This document shows, one piece after another, positions 16,288-24,046 of a DNA stretch of 32,000 nucleotides. This DNA comes from Pyrobaculum calidifontis JCM 11548. GTDB taxonomy: Archaea > Thermoproteota > Thermoprotei > Thermoproteales > Thermoproteaceae. The translations under genes and the position numbers were made by a program. The notes under the pieces were generated by a model. That model saw only the letters and a list, made by a program, of their open reading frames with translations, was not told where the DNA came from and made no database searches. Each line of letters starts with the position of its first letter. Position 1 is the first letter of the stretch. Where the stretch lies: assembly GCF_000015805.1 (NCBI RefSeq), contig NC_009073.1:1230001-1262000 (forward strand), given 5' to 3'.

Positions 16288-18039
16288 ATGTGGAAGCTGG
16301 CGGCGGCCGTGTTGGCCTTGGCGCTTCTCTTGGCCTTGGCCGGCGGCTCGCCGCCTCAGCCCACCGGCGCGGTAGAGGCGCTGCAGCTCCCAGTGGTTAA
16401 CCTCTCGGAGCTACGCATGGTGACCGGCTGGTCCGCCGTCCCCACCGCCCTCTTCTACTACGCGGCCGCCGACGCCGCGCCCGCCGTTGCGGCAAACGTG
16501 CAAGTGGCCGGCGTGGACGAGGAGGACTACGTGAAATTCGACGGGGAGAGGCTCTACGTTGCGTATAGGGGCTACGTCTACGTGGTGGGGCCAGACTTGT
16601 CCGTGGAGAAGAGGTTGCCCTGCCCCTCCTCGCTGGTCTGCTACGTCTTTGCCTGGGGCAACTCGGTGCTGGCCTACTCGCCCACTGAGGCGGGCACAGT
16701 GCTCTACCTATACGGCCCGTGGGGGAGGGCTGTCTACAACTACTCCGGGTACCCCGTGTCCACGAGGATGCGGGACGGCGTGGTGTACATTGTCGCAATG
16801 GGGGGCGTGGAGGCGGAGATAAACGGCGCCGCGGTCAAGGAGGCCCCCCTCCTCTCCCTCGGCGATCCCCCCGCCACGCTCATAGTGGCGGCTGTGGACA
16901 TGAGGACAGGCCGCTTCAACGCCGCGGCCTACGTCTCCTCCGCGGTCAGCCACGTCTACATGAGGGGAAACAGGCTGTACATAGCCGCGCCCCTGAGCCC
17001 CTACGACCTCGCCTACGAGGCGACCAAGGCCGTGTGGGAGAGACTGCCCCCGGAGATGAGGGCCGTGCTTGACATGGAAAACGTCTACACCTTCTACAAG
17101 ACCGTCAGAGGGTTGCTGGAGTGGAGAGGCGGGGAGTACCTGTCCTACCTCAACAAGGCCAACACCACCACGGCCACCAAGATCTACGTCTTTGAGACAG
17201 AGGGCGTGGAGGCAAGGCTCAAGGCCGTCTTTATAGTCCCCGGCCGCGTCTTAGACCAATTCGCCGTGGAAGAGCTTGGGGACAGGCTGGTGGTGGCCAC
17301 CACCGCCGCCCCCGTCAAATTCGAGCTCCTACGCCCACCCCCAGCCGACCCGTTCCCCTCGGTGATTAAGAGAGAGGGGTTGCCCACACAAATTCCGCCG
17401 CCCTCCCCACCGCCCGTGCTCTACGCCGCTGAGGGGGAGCCCACAAACGCCGTCTACCTCTACACGCCGGATGGGACATTGGTGGTCAAGGCGGAGGGGC
17501 TGGCCAGTGGCGAGAGGATATACGCCGCGCGCCTCGTGGGCTCCACTCTCTACCTAGTCACCTTTAGGCAGGCCGACCCGCTGTTTGCGGTGGACTTGTC
17601 CCGGGGAGAGCCACGGGTGCTTGGCTACCTCAAGACGCCGGGCTTCTCGGAGTACCTACACCCCGTGGCCCCCGGCAAGTTGTTGGGCGTCGGCGTCTAC
17701 GGCGACGGCGTCAAGATCGCGCTGTTCGACGTCTCCAACCCCGCGGCGCCCCGCGAGGTCTCCAACATCACCGTGCCCCACTCCTATACACCCATCATAT
17801 TCGACCACCACGCCTTCGCCTACAGCCAGGGAGTGGCCGTGGTGCCCATCCGCCTCCAGTGGCGGCAGTGCGCCGTTCTCGCCGTGGAAGTCGGCGACGG
17901 CCTAACGGCGAGGACCTTGGAGGGCGTGTGCGCAGACAGGGCCTTCTTCAAAGACGGGAGGATCCACCTCGTGGGCAGAGGCCGCGTGTGGCTATACGAC
18001 GCCACCTTCAACAAGGTTGGAGAAGTGGGGCTAAGTTAA
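16288..18039 (+). CDS. Secreted beta-propeller domain protein (COG4880-like)
   Basis: The start is trimmed to ATG 16288 (MWKLAAAVLALALLLALAGG, a signal peptide). ..DYVKFDGERLYVA.., ..RLVGSTLYLVTFRQADPLFAVDLS..P.VLGYLKTPGFSEYLHPV.. and ..VKIALFDVSNPAAPREV.. match the Beta_propel family as I recall it. TATA-like ACATTTTTAAC lies about 25 bp upstream. Confidence 0.75.
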   Translation: MWKLAAAVLALALLLALAGGSPPQPTGAVEALQLPVVNLSELRMVTGWSAVPTALFYYAAADAAPAVAANVQVAGVDEEDYVKFDGERLYVAYRGYVYVVGPDLSVEKRLPCPSSLVCYVFAWGNSVLAYSPTEAGTVLYLYGPWGRAVYNYSGYPVSTRMRDGVVYIVAMGGVEAEINGAAVKEAPLLSLGDPPATLIVAAVDMRTGRFNAAAYVSSAVSHVYMRGNRLYIAAPLSPYDLAYEATKAVWERLPPEMRAVLDMENVYTFYKTVRGLLEWRGGEYLSYLNKANTTTATKIYVFETEGVEARLKAVFIVPGRVLDQFAVEELGDRLVVATTAAPVKFELLRPPPADPFPSVIKREGLPTQIPPPSPPPVLYAAEGEPTNAVYLYTPDGTLVVKAEGLASGERIYAARLVGSTLYLVTFRQADPLFAVDLSRGEPRVLGYLKTPGFSEYLHPVAPGKLLGVGVYGDGVKIALFDVSNPAAPREVSNITVPHSYTPIIFDHHAFAYSQGVAVVPIRLQWRQCAVLAVEVGDGLTARTLEGVCADRAFFKDGRIHLVGRGRVWLYDATFNKVGEVGLS

Positions 18040-18062
18040 TAAATCCTGCTTTTTTTTCCAAT

Positions 18063-18815
18063 GTGCTCCTCATAGACGTCGCAGGTGGGTACAAGGGGAG
18101 GCTGGTGGTAGACGCCGCCTTTGAGGTAGGCCCCGGGGTCACGGCGCTGGTGGGCCCCAACGGCAGTGGGAAAACCACTCTGCTCCGCCTGGCGGCGGGT
18201 GTGCTGCCGGCGGCTAGGAGGAGGGTGGCCGTGGAGGGCGCCGAGGTCAGGCCGGGGGACTTGGCCTACTTGCCCACCTCCGGCGGCCTTGACCCACACA
18301 TGTTGGTGAGAGACGAGTTGGAGTTCTACTGGCAGGTGCTGGGCGGGGAGAGGAGGGACTGGGCCGTGGGGCTTCTCGGCTTGAAAGAGCTCATGGGGGA
18401 GAAGGTTGGGCGGCTAAGCCACGGCCAGCGCCGGAGGGTGGAGTTGGCCATTGTCTTCTCACTCAAGAGGAGGGTCTACCTCCTCGACGAGCCGCTGAAG
18501 GGCCTCGACGTCCAGTACAAAGATGCCGTGCTGTCGGCGCTCAGGGAGCTCGGGCCCTACGTAATCTTCACCACCCACGAGCCAGAGGCGGTAGAAAAAG
18601 TTGCACAATGGGTTGTCGTAATTAGAGGGGGTAAGCCGAGCTACGTGGGCGCGTTGGCGGGGCTCAGAAAGAGGGCGGTGATAAGGGCTAGAAGAGGCGG
18701 CGAGGTAGTCACTGTTGAGAGCGACGACGCCGATTCCAAGGCGGCGGAGCTCGCCGCGGCGGGGTACACTATTGAGGAGATTTCCAGTGCAGAGCTCAAG
18801 CGGCTGATGACATGA
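18063..18815 (+). CDS. ABC transporter ATP-binding protein
   Basis: The start is GTG 18063. It has Walker A GPNGSGKTTLL, signature LSHGQRRRV and Walker B VYLLDEP. The upstream part of track ORF 17859.. overlaps the propeller gene. Confidence 0.85.
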   Translation: MLLIDVAGGYKGRLVVDAAFEVGPGVTALVGPNGSGKTTLLRLAAGVLPAARRRVAVEGAEVRPGDLAYLPTSGGLDPHMLVRDELEFYWQVLGGERRDWAVGLLGLKELMGEKVGRLSHGQRRRVELAIVFSLKRRVYLLDEPLKGLDVQYKDAVLSALRELGPYVIFTTHEPEAVEKVAQWVVVIRGGKPSYVGALAGLRKRAVIRARRGGEVVTVESDDADSKAAELAAAGYTIEEISSAELKRLMT

Positions 18816-19093
18816 CCACCGCGCCGTTTGTAAAAAGGGCCTGGAAAGTGGGCCGCGCCGCCTACGGCACAACATTCGCCATAATGCTGATAATAGGCTT
18901 AGGCATAACTCTGACGTTCGCCGTAGTACTAACTACAGTCTCGCCAGAGGAGGTGGCAAAAGACGTGCCGCACTTGCCGCCGGAGGTTGCCTACACAAAC
19001 TTCAAGGCCCTCTTTCTAATGCTCACCGCAATCACCGTGGCCCTCTTTGCTGGCGGAGTGGCGGCGATGGTGATGGGCGGCTCTATTCAGTAG
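18812..19093 (+). CDS. ABC-2 type permease, N-terminal part (2 TM helices), ending at an apparently premature TAG
   Basis: ATG 18812 overlaps the ATPase stop (ATGA). There are two TM segments, then ..MVMGGSIQ and TAG at 19091-19093. Confidence 0.7.
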   Translation: MTTAPFVKRAWKVGRAAYGTTFAIMLIIGLGITLTFAVVLTTVSPEEVAKDVPHLPPEVAYTNFKALFLMLTAITVALFAGGVAAMVMGGSIQ

Positions 19094-19585
19094 GACAGTA
19101 GAAACGGCGTCTACGAGGTCTTGCTAGGCAACGGCGTGGCACCGGGGCAGTTGACAAAGGCCCTCTTCTACACTGCCATGTCTGCCGCAACCGCCTTCTA
19201 CATCTTGGCAGTGGCCTTGGCGGCCGTAATTACAGCACTAGCGGCGCCGGAGGCGTGGCCCATAATGCCCGCCGCGGCGCTGGCCGCCTTGGCCAGCGTG
19301 TTCTCAGCCGCTGCGTTGATACTCGTCGTTGGCCTTGCAAAACCTCAGCTGTTCAAAATTCGCACAGGCGTAGGGGCTACTCAGAACTTGGCGTATCTGC
19401 TTGCCCTACTGCCCTCAATGGCTCTTACATTTGCAACAACGCCGTTTTTAATATCCCTAGACGTGGAGACGGCCACCATCGTGATTTCCGCCACCTCGGC
19501 CGCGGCTATTTTGGCGAGTGTAGCCGCGGTGTTGGTGGCCCCCCGGTTTTTGAACAGGGAGGAGCTCATCGCCCCTGGGGACTAG
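19094..19585 (+). CDS. ABC-2 type permease, C-terminal part, in the same frame as 18812..19093
   Basis: No stop lies between TAG 19091-19093 and the track ORF 19121..19585. The sequence reads DSRNGVYEVLLGNGVAPGQLTKALFY.., which aligns with the conserved ..E.E.GT.E.LL..PVS...I.GK.. block of ABC-2 permeases, followed by 4 TM helices. If it is expressed independently, the start would be TTG 19121. Confidence 0.65.
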   Translation, partial: DSRNGVYEVLLGNGVAPGQLTKALFYTAMSAATAFYILAVALAAVITALAAPEAWPIMPAAALAALASVFSAAALILVVGLAKPQLFKIRTGVGATQNLAYLLALLPSMALTFATTPFLISLDVETATIVISATSAAAILASVAAVLVAPRFLNREELIAPGD

Positions 19586-20637
19586 AGGACTGGGTGGGGC
19601 ACGAGCACTAGCACGTATATGCCCATGGCGGCCAACACAGCGAGGCCGACTGGGGCCGCCAGCCTTATCCACTCTTTGAAGCCTATCTTGAGGACTCCCG
19701 CCAGGACTATGTTGGGGACGTTGCCCGGTATAGTCAATCCCCCGGAGAGCACTAGGGAGACTAGGAAGGCCCTAAGGGCGTCTACAGCCATCTCTGGGCC
19801 CACCAGCGCCGCCACCAGCGTTGCGTTGTCGGCCACGGCGGAGAGGAGGCCGAACACGTAGAGCACCTCCTTCCCCAGCTCCGCCACCGCCTCTGCTATG
19901 GGCTTGAAGAACTCCCCCAGGATAGTCAAGGCGAAGATGAATATGAACACCTTCGCCGCCCTTAGGAAGACCTCCCTCAGCTCGGGCTCGTAGGGCTCCA
20001 CCTCCACCTCCGCGGCGCGTAGCCTCTTCAGCGTGAAGTAGGCGTAGAGGGCGAAGAAGAGGACCACTATGAACACGGCGTCGAAGAGGACGTGGACGAG
20101 GTAGAAGAAGCCCTGCTTCAGCTTAGCCACCGCGATGGTGGAGAGGGGCTCCCCTATTGGCAAAAGGGCGGCGCCTGCCCCAATGGCGAAGGCCCCGTAG
20201 ACCGCGGCCCTGGCCTTGTAGCCGTGGGGCGCGTCTGCGAAGCCGAGTAGCTCCGCCAACACAGCCGCCGCCACTATGGCGGAGATGGCGCTGGAGGACA
20301 GGCCAAGGACGAAGATGAGGAGAGCCACGACCCCAGGCCTCGCCAAGACGTCCGCCGCCTTGGCCATCCTATGCCGAAGCGCATAGAAGACCAGGCCCGC
20401 CGCCAGCACCACTTGGACAATTCCAATGGGCAAGTAGCCCAGGCCGGGCTGGTAGACCGCCACGGGGTGGAGGAGTGCCTCCTCGATCAAGTGGAGCGAC
20501 CAAATGCCCTCCAGCGTCGCGCCGACCACCGCCATCGCCAAGAAGAAGAGCTCCAAGTTGTGCTCCACCTTCTTAGACACCACCGGCAGGGCGATCAACA
20601 AGACAAGGAAGACCACTTGGAGAAGGGGCAACTCCAT
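19582..20637 (-). CDS. Polytopic membrane transporter, DUF1646-like putative cation transporter
   Basis: 351 aa with about 10 TM helices. GEPLST and GNVPNI motifs are reminiscent of ion-transporter superfamily proteins. The family assignment is from memory only. Confidence 0.6.
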   Translation of the reverse strand: MELPLLQVVFLVLLIALPVVSKKVEHNLELFFLAMAVVGATLEGIWSLHLIEEALLHPVAVYQPGLGYLPIGIVQVVLAAGLVFYALRHRMAKAADVLARPGVVALLIFVLGLSSSAISAIVAAAVLAELLGFADAPHGYKARAAVYGAFAIGAGAALLPIGEPLSTIAVAKLKQGFFYLVHVLFDAVFIVVLFFALYAYFTLKRLRAAEVEVEPYEPELREVFLRAAKVFIFIFALTILGEFFKPIAEAVAELGKEVLYVFGLLSAVADNATLVAALVGPEMAVDALRAFLVSLVLSGGLTIPGNVPNIVLAGVLKIGFKEWIRLAAPVGLAVLAAMGIYVLVLVPHPVL

Positions 20638-20655
20638 GGGGGCGCGGCTGTGCGC

Positions 20656-20674
20656 CTATTTAAGTTTTAATACT
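20656..20674. promoter_or_regulatory. Back-to-back TATA-like boxes in a 54-bp divergent intergenic region
   Basis: CTATTTAAGTTTTAATACT lies about 20 bp from ATG 20637 (- strand gene) and about 20 bp from GTG 20692 (+ strand gene). Confidence 0.45.
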
Positions 20675-20691
20675 CGCCGCTGCGACGCGGC

Positions 20692-21984
20692 GTGGGCGAA
20701 CACGTGGCTAGAGAGTGGCTTAGGCGCAGGCTGGGGACCTTCGGCCTATACGCCCTAGTCCACTCAGACTTCCAATCCACCTACTACTTCCTTGTGGGCT
20801 ACATAGCCCTGGCCGCGGGCGCCTTCGGCTTCATAGGCGCGGTGTACGGCGTATTGCTAATGGCGGCGGTGGCGCTGGCCTACGGCGAGATGGGGTCGCG
20901 GTTCCCAGAGGCGGGGGGGTCCTACCTCTACGTTAAGTACTCCTTCGGCGAAACGGTTGCCTTTCTCTCCACCTGGATGCTGGCCTTTGACCAAATCGTC
21001 ATGGTGAGCTACGGCACAATAGACGCGGCTAAGGTGTTAGAAAAGGCCCTGGGGCTACACGTCGAGGTGCCTCTCGTCGCTGCTCTGCTCTCCACGGCGC
21101 TCTTCGCCATCACGCTGGTCGGGATTAGGGAGTCCGCCCTCTTCGCCACCGCCGTCGCAGTGCTAGACATCTCCATCACCACCACCATGGTAACGCTCTC
21201 CCTGGCCCAAAACCCCGCGCCGCCCCCCTACTTCAACTGGCACGGCGTAGAGACGGCGAACCTCCTCCTCGCCTTCTCCCTCCTCTCTCGCGGCTTCACC
21301 GGCCTCGACTCCATTGGCCAACTCGCCGGCGAGGCGAGAGAGCCCCTTGTGCAAGTCCCCCGCGCCACCCTGGCGGCTGTGGCCATGGGCAGCTTCTACG
21401 GCCTAGGCCTCATGGCCGCCATAATGTCCACCCTGACCCCTCAGCACATTGAGGACCCCGCGGTGGCCCCCCTATACCTCGCCGCCAAGCTGAGCCCCGT
21501 CCTCTACGCCCTAGCCTCGGCCTCCATATTCGCCGTAATGATGACGGCGGCTCTCGCCGGCTACGTCTCCTTCTCCCGCCTCACCTACATAATGGCCCAG
21601 TCGGGGGACCTCCCACACCACTTCGCCAAAGTGCACCCCCGCTTCAGAACCCCCTACATCTCCCTCGTCGTCACCTACGCGGTGTCCCTAGCCCTAATAG
21701 CCGTGGGTGAGGTGGGGATAATACTGGCCATATATGCAATTGGGTCGCTGGTGAACTACCTCCTAGTCGCCGCCGCCTTGGCCAAAGCCGCCAAGTCTGG
21801 CACACTACACGGGGCCTTCAGAACGCCGTACATAATGGGAGTCCCCCTCTCCTCCTGGATGGGACTAGCCCTCATACCCCCAGGCCTCGCCCTAACCCTC
21901 GCAGAGAAGTGGCCGTACCTCTGGGCCCTGGCCCTGTGGGCCGCCGCCGGCGCCGCCCTCTACTACGCCAAGAAGAGGCGCTAG
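20692..21984 (+). CDS. APC superfamily amino acid/polyamine permease
   Basis: 430 aa with about 12 TM helices. ..YGEMGSRFPEAGGSYLYV.. is the characteristic APC N-terminal motif. Confidence 0.85.
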   Translation: MGEHVAREWLRRRLGTFGLYALVHSDFQSTYYFLVGYIALAAGAFGFIGAVYGVLLMAAVALAYGEMGSRFPEAGGSYLYVKYSFGETVAFLSTWMLAFDQIVMVSYGTIDAAKVLEKALGLHVEVPLVAALLSTALFAITLVGIRESALFATAVAVLDISITTTMVTLSLAQNPAPPPYFNWHGVETANLLLAFSLLSRGFTGLDSIGQLAGEAREPLVQVPRATLAAVAMGSFYGLGLMAAIMSTLTPQHIEDPAVAPLYLAAKLSPVLYALASASIFAVMMTAALAGYVSFSRLTYIMAQSGDLPHHFAKVHPRFRTPYISLVVTYAVSLALIAVGEVGIILAIYAIGSLVNYLLVAAALAKAAKSGTLHGAFRTPYIMGVPLSSWMGLALIPPGLALTLAEKWPYLWALALWAAAGAALYYAKKRR

Positions 21985-22496
21985 GGCAGTAGGCCCCGCG
22001 CCCTCCCCACCAACAGCGCTATTACCGTCTTCCCGTCCACGATCTCCCCCGCGTCGACCATCCGAAGCGCCTCCCCGGGCAGAACCTTCACCACCTCCAT
22101 GTCCACCTCCCCCTCGTCCCGCCCAGAAACCCCCACGTACCTAACCTGGTCAGTGAAATACAGCCTAATAACCTCGTTGCTCACCCCCGGCGAGGGGTAG
22201 AAATCCAAGAGGTGGACAAGGCGCAGCGGCTCAAAGCCCGTCTCCTCCACCATCTCCCTAACCGCCGCCCGCTCAGGCGGCTCCCCAGGCTCAAGAGTCC
22301 CAGCCGGAACCTCAAGAGTCCACCTCCCAAGCGCCGGGCGGAACTGCTTTACCAACAACACGGCCCCATCCACCAAGGCCAACACCGCGACAGCCCCCGG
22401 GTGGACCAGATACTCCCCCCACACAAGCCTTCCGCCCACGGCCCTCGCCCTGCGCACCAGAGTAAACTTCCTCCCCCTGTAAATCACCTCCTCCAT
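21981..22496 (-). CDS. NUDIX hydrolase (ADP-ribose pyrophosphatase-like)
   Basis: The Nudix box reads GTLEPGEPPERAAVREMVEETGF. The start is trimmed to ATG 22496 (MEEVIYRGRKF..). Confidence 0.85.
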   Translation of the reverse strand: MEEVIYRGRKFTLVRRARAVGGRLVWGEYLVHPGAVAVLALVDGAVLLVKQFRPALGRWTLEVPAGTLEPGEPPERAAVREMVEETGFEPLRLVHLLDFYPSPGVSNEVIRLYFTDQVRYVGVSGRDEGEVDMEVVKVLPGEALRMVDAGEIVDGKTVIALLVGRARGLLP

Positions 22497-22619
22497 AGAG
22501 GCGGAAAGGGGGATGGTTAAAAATTCAGTCGCCAGACCCCAATCGGCGCCCTGGGTATCAACACACAAGCCCCAGAAAACAGGAAATAAAACTTTTAAAC
22601 AGACATATACGAGGCGTTG

Positions 22620-22726
22620 GGGCCGGTAGTCTAGCGGAAGGATGCCCGCCTCGCGCGGCTAGCCCCAAGAACGCGGGTGATCCCGGGAGGGGAACCCCGG
22701 GAATTCGAATCCCGGCCGGTCCACCA
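22620..22726 (+). tRNA. tRNA-Ala (anticodon CGC at 22652-22654) with two introns and encoded CCA
   Basis: Acceptor GGGCCGG/CCGGTCC includes the G3:U70 alanine identity pair. The anticodon stem is CCCGC/GCGGG. A 16-nt intron at 22656-22671 occupies the canonical 37/38 position. The T-arm is CCGGG[16-nt intron 22688-22703]TTCGAAT-CCCGG (position 53/54). Discriminator A is followed by CCA. The spliced length is 72 nt plus CCA. Confidence 0.85.
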
Positions 22727-23038
22727 TCTTTCTACGCCATCCCCTAGGAATCCATGTGCGCTACACGTGACTTAGGCCGACGCACGGCTTCCATATGGCA
22801 AAATAGCCCTTAACTGTCTCCTGCCGTGGTCGTCGCGTGTAAGCACAGCCAGCGCAGAGTAGCGCCAAATGGAGATCTGCGTTACAAATATTCGGCATTG
22901 AGACAACAACGGCGCAGGACCCTCACACGCCGGAGTACTACAAACAGCTCAGCTCACCGCAAAAAACTACCACTGCTAAAACTGCACAACGCCTACTGCT
23001 CACAAATAAAATATTTTAACCTGTGGGACGCCTAATAC

Positions 23039-24046
23039 GTGGACGTGGTCTACTACCTCGTGGGCCTTTCAGTCACGATCATCGGCATGTTAGGCGGCGC
23101 CATGTTCTGGCTAGGGCGGAAATTCGCCCAAATAGACGAACGCCTCCAGCGGCTGGAAAAGGGATATGAAGAACTAAGAAGCACTCTGACTGAGTTCAAG
23201 AACTGGACTGAGAAAAAATTCGCCGAGGTTGAGGGAGAGCTGGCCGGGGTCAAGGAGAGAGTCGCGGCTGTGGAAAAGGGGTTAGAGGAGGTCAAAGGCC
23301 GGCTTGTCAACGTAGAAAGTAGACTTATGGGCGTAGAGAAAGAGTTAGAGGAAGTCAAGGGCAGGCTGGCCAACGTGGAGGGCAGAGTTGCAGGCCTAGA
23401 GGGGAGGCTGGCGGAGGTGGAGAAGGGTTTGGCCGATGTGAGGAGTCGGCTTGCCAACGTAGAAAGTAGGCTTGTAGGCGTAGAGAAGGGGCTGGAGGAG
23501 GTCAAGAGCCGGTTAGCCGTCGTAGAGGGTAGAGTTGTAGAAGTTGAGAAAGGTCTAACAGATGTGAGGAATAGGCTGGCCGGCGTGGAGGGCAGAGTTG
23601 CAGAAGTCGAGAGAGGTCTTGCCGATGTGAGGAGTCGGCTTGCCGGGGTGGAGGGTCGTCTTGTGGAGTTTGAGGAGAGGTTTGTCTCTTTTGCCGACTC
23701 GGTGAGGGGGAGTGTGGTTTCTATGAATTCTCTTGTGGTGGAGTTTCTTGGGTTGAAGGGTCTTCTCTCTCGTGAGGAGGTTGGGTTTTTGTCGAGGGAG
23801 GCCTCACGCCTTGCCCTCGCCATAAGGCCAAACCCCATCACCGAGGAAGAGGTGGAATTCCTAAGGCGAGTCTTCTCTAAGCCAGTGGAGGAGATGACCG
23901 TGGAAGAGCTGGAAAAGGCGGCGGAAATCGCCAAGCGGTGGTGGTACCGAGAAGGCAAAGAAGAGGCCTACAGGCTGTTCTTAATAGCCTGGACCATTAG
24001 GACATACAAGCTAATCCAAGAGCCGAGAGAGAAGAAGGAGGGCTAG
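23039..24046 (+). CDS. N-terminally membrane-anchored coiled-coil repeat protein (hypothetical)
   Basis: 335 aa with a GTG start. It has a TM helix (VVYYLVGLSVTIIGMLGGAMFWL) and then about 150 aa of heptad/21-residue repeats (VEKGLxxV[KR]xRLxxVE[GS]R[LV]xx). A helical C-terminal domain follows. TATA-like AAATAAAATATTTTA lies about 25 bp upstream. Confidence 0.7.
   Translation: MDVVYYLVGLSVTIIGMLGGAMFWLGRKFAQIDERLQRLEKGYEELRSTLTEFKNWTEKKFAEVEGELAGVKERVAAVEKGLEEVKGRLVNVESRLMGVEKELEEVKGRLANVEGRVAGLEGRLAEVEKGLADVRSRLANVESRLVGVEKGLEEVKSRLAVVEGRVVEVEKGLTDVRNRLAGVEGRVAEVERGLADVRSRLAGVEGRLVEFEERFVSFADSVRGSVVSMNSLVVEFLGLKGLLSREEVGFLSREASRLALAIRPNPITEEEVEFLRRVFSKPVEEMTVEELEKAAEIAKRWWYREGKEEAYRLFLIAWTIRTYKLIQEPREKKEG
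23270..23668 (+). repeat. Six 63-bp (21-codon) tandem repeats plus one extra 21-bp heptad unit
   Basis: Units start at 23270, 23333, 23417, 23480, 23543 and 23606, with the extra heptad at 23396-23416. Long exact matches occur between non-adjacent units: GCCGATGTGAGGAGTCGGCTTGCC in units 3 and 6, AACGTAGAAAGTAG in units 1 and 3, and GTGGAGGGCAGAGTTGCAG in units 2 and 5. Confidence 0.9.

Noticed and set aside
21538-21544. ATGATGA (C-box-like) sequence, considered as a C/D box sRNA
   Set aside because: It lies inside the APC permease coding frame (..VMMTAA..) and no CTGA D-box follows within a plausible distance. I found no intergenic C/D pair in the window.
22826-23035. 69-aa ORF in the gap after tRNA-Ala
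   Set aside because: It is basic and low-complexity with no start context, and it overlaps the TATA box of the coiled-coil gene. I treat it as non-coding.
23053-23958. 301-aa S/T/L-rich ORF antisense to the coiled-coil repeat gene
   Set aside because: It mirrors the repeat structure of the sense gene and has no start context or motifs. The sense strand has a TM helix, a clean heptad pattern and a TATA box.
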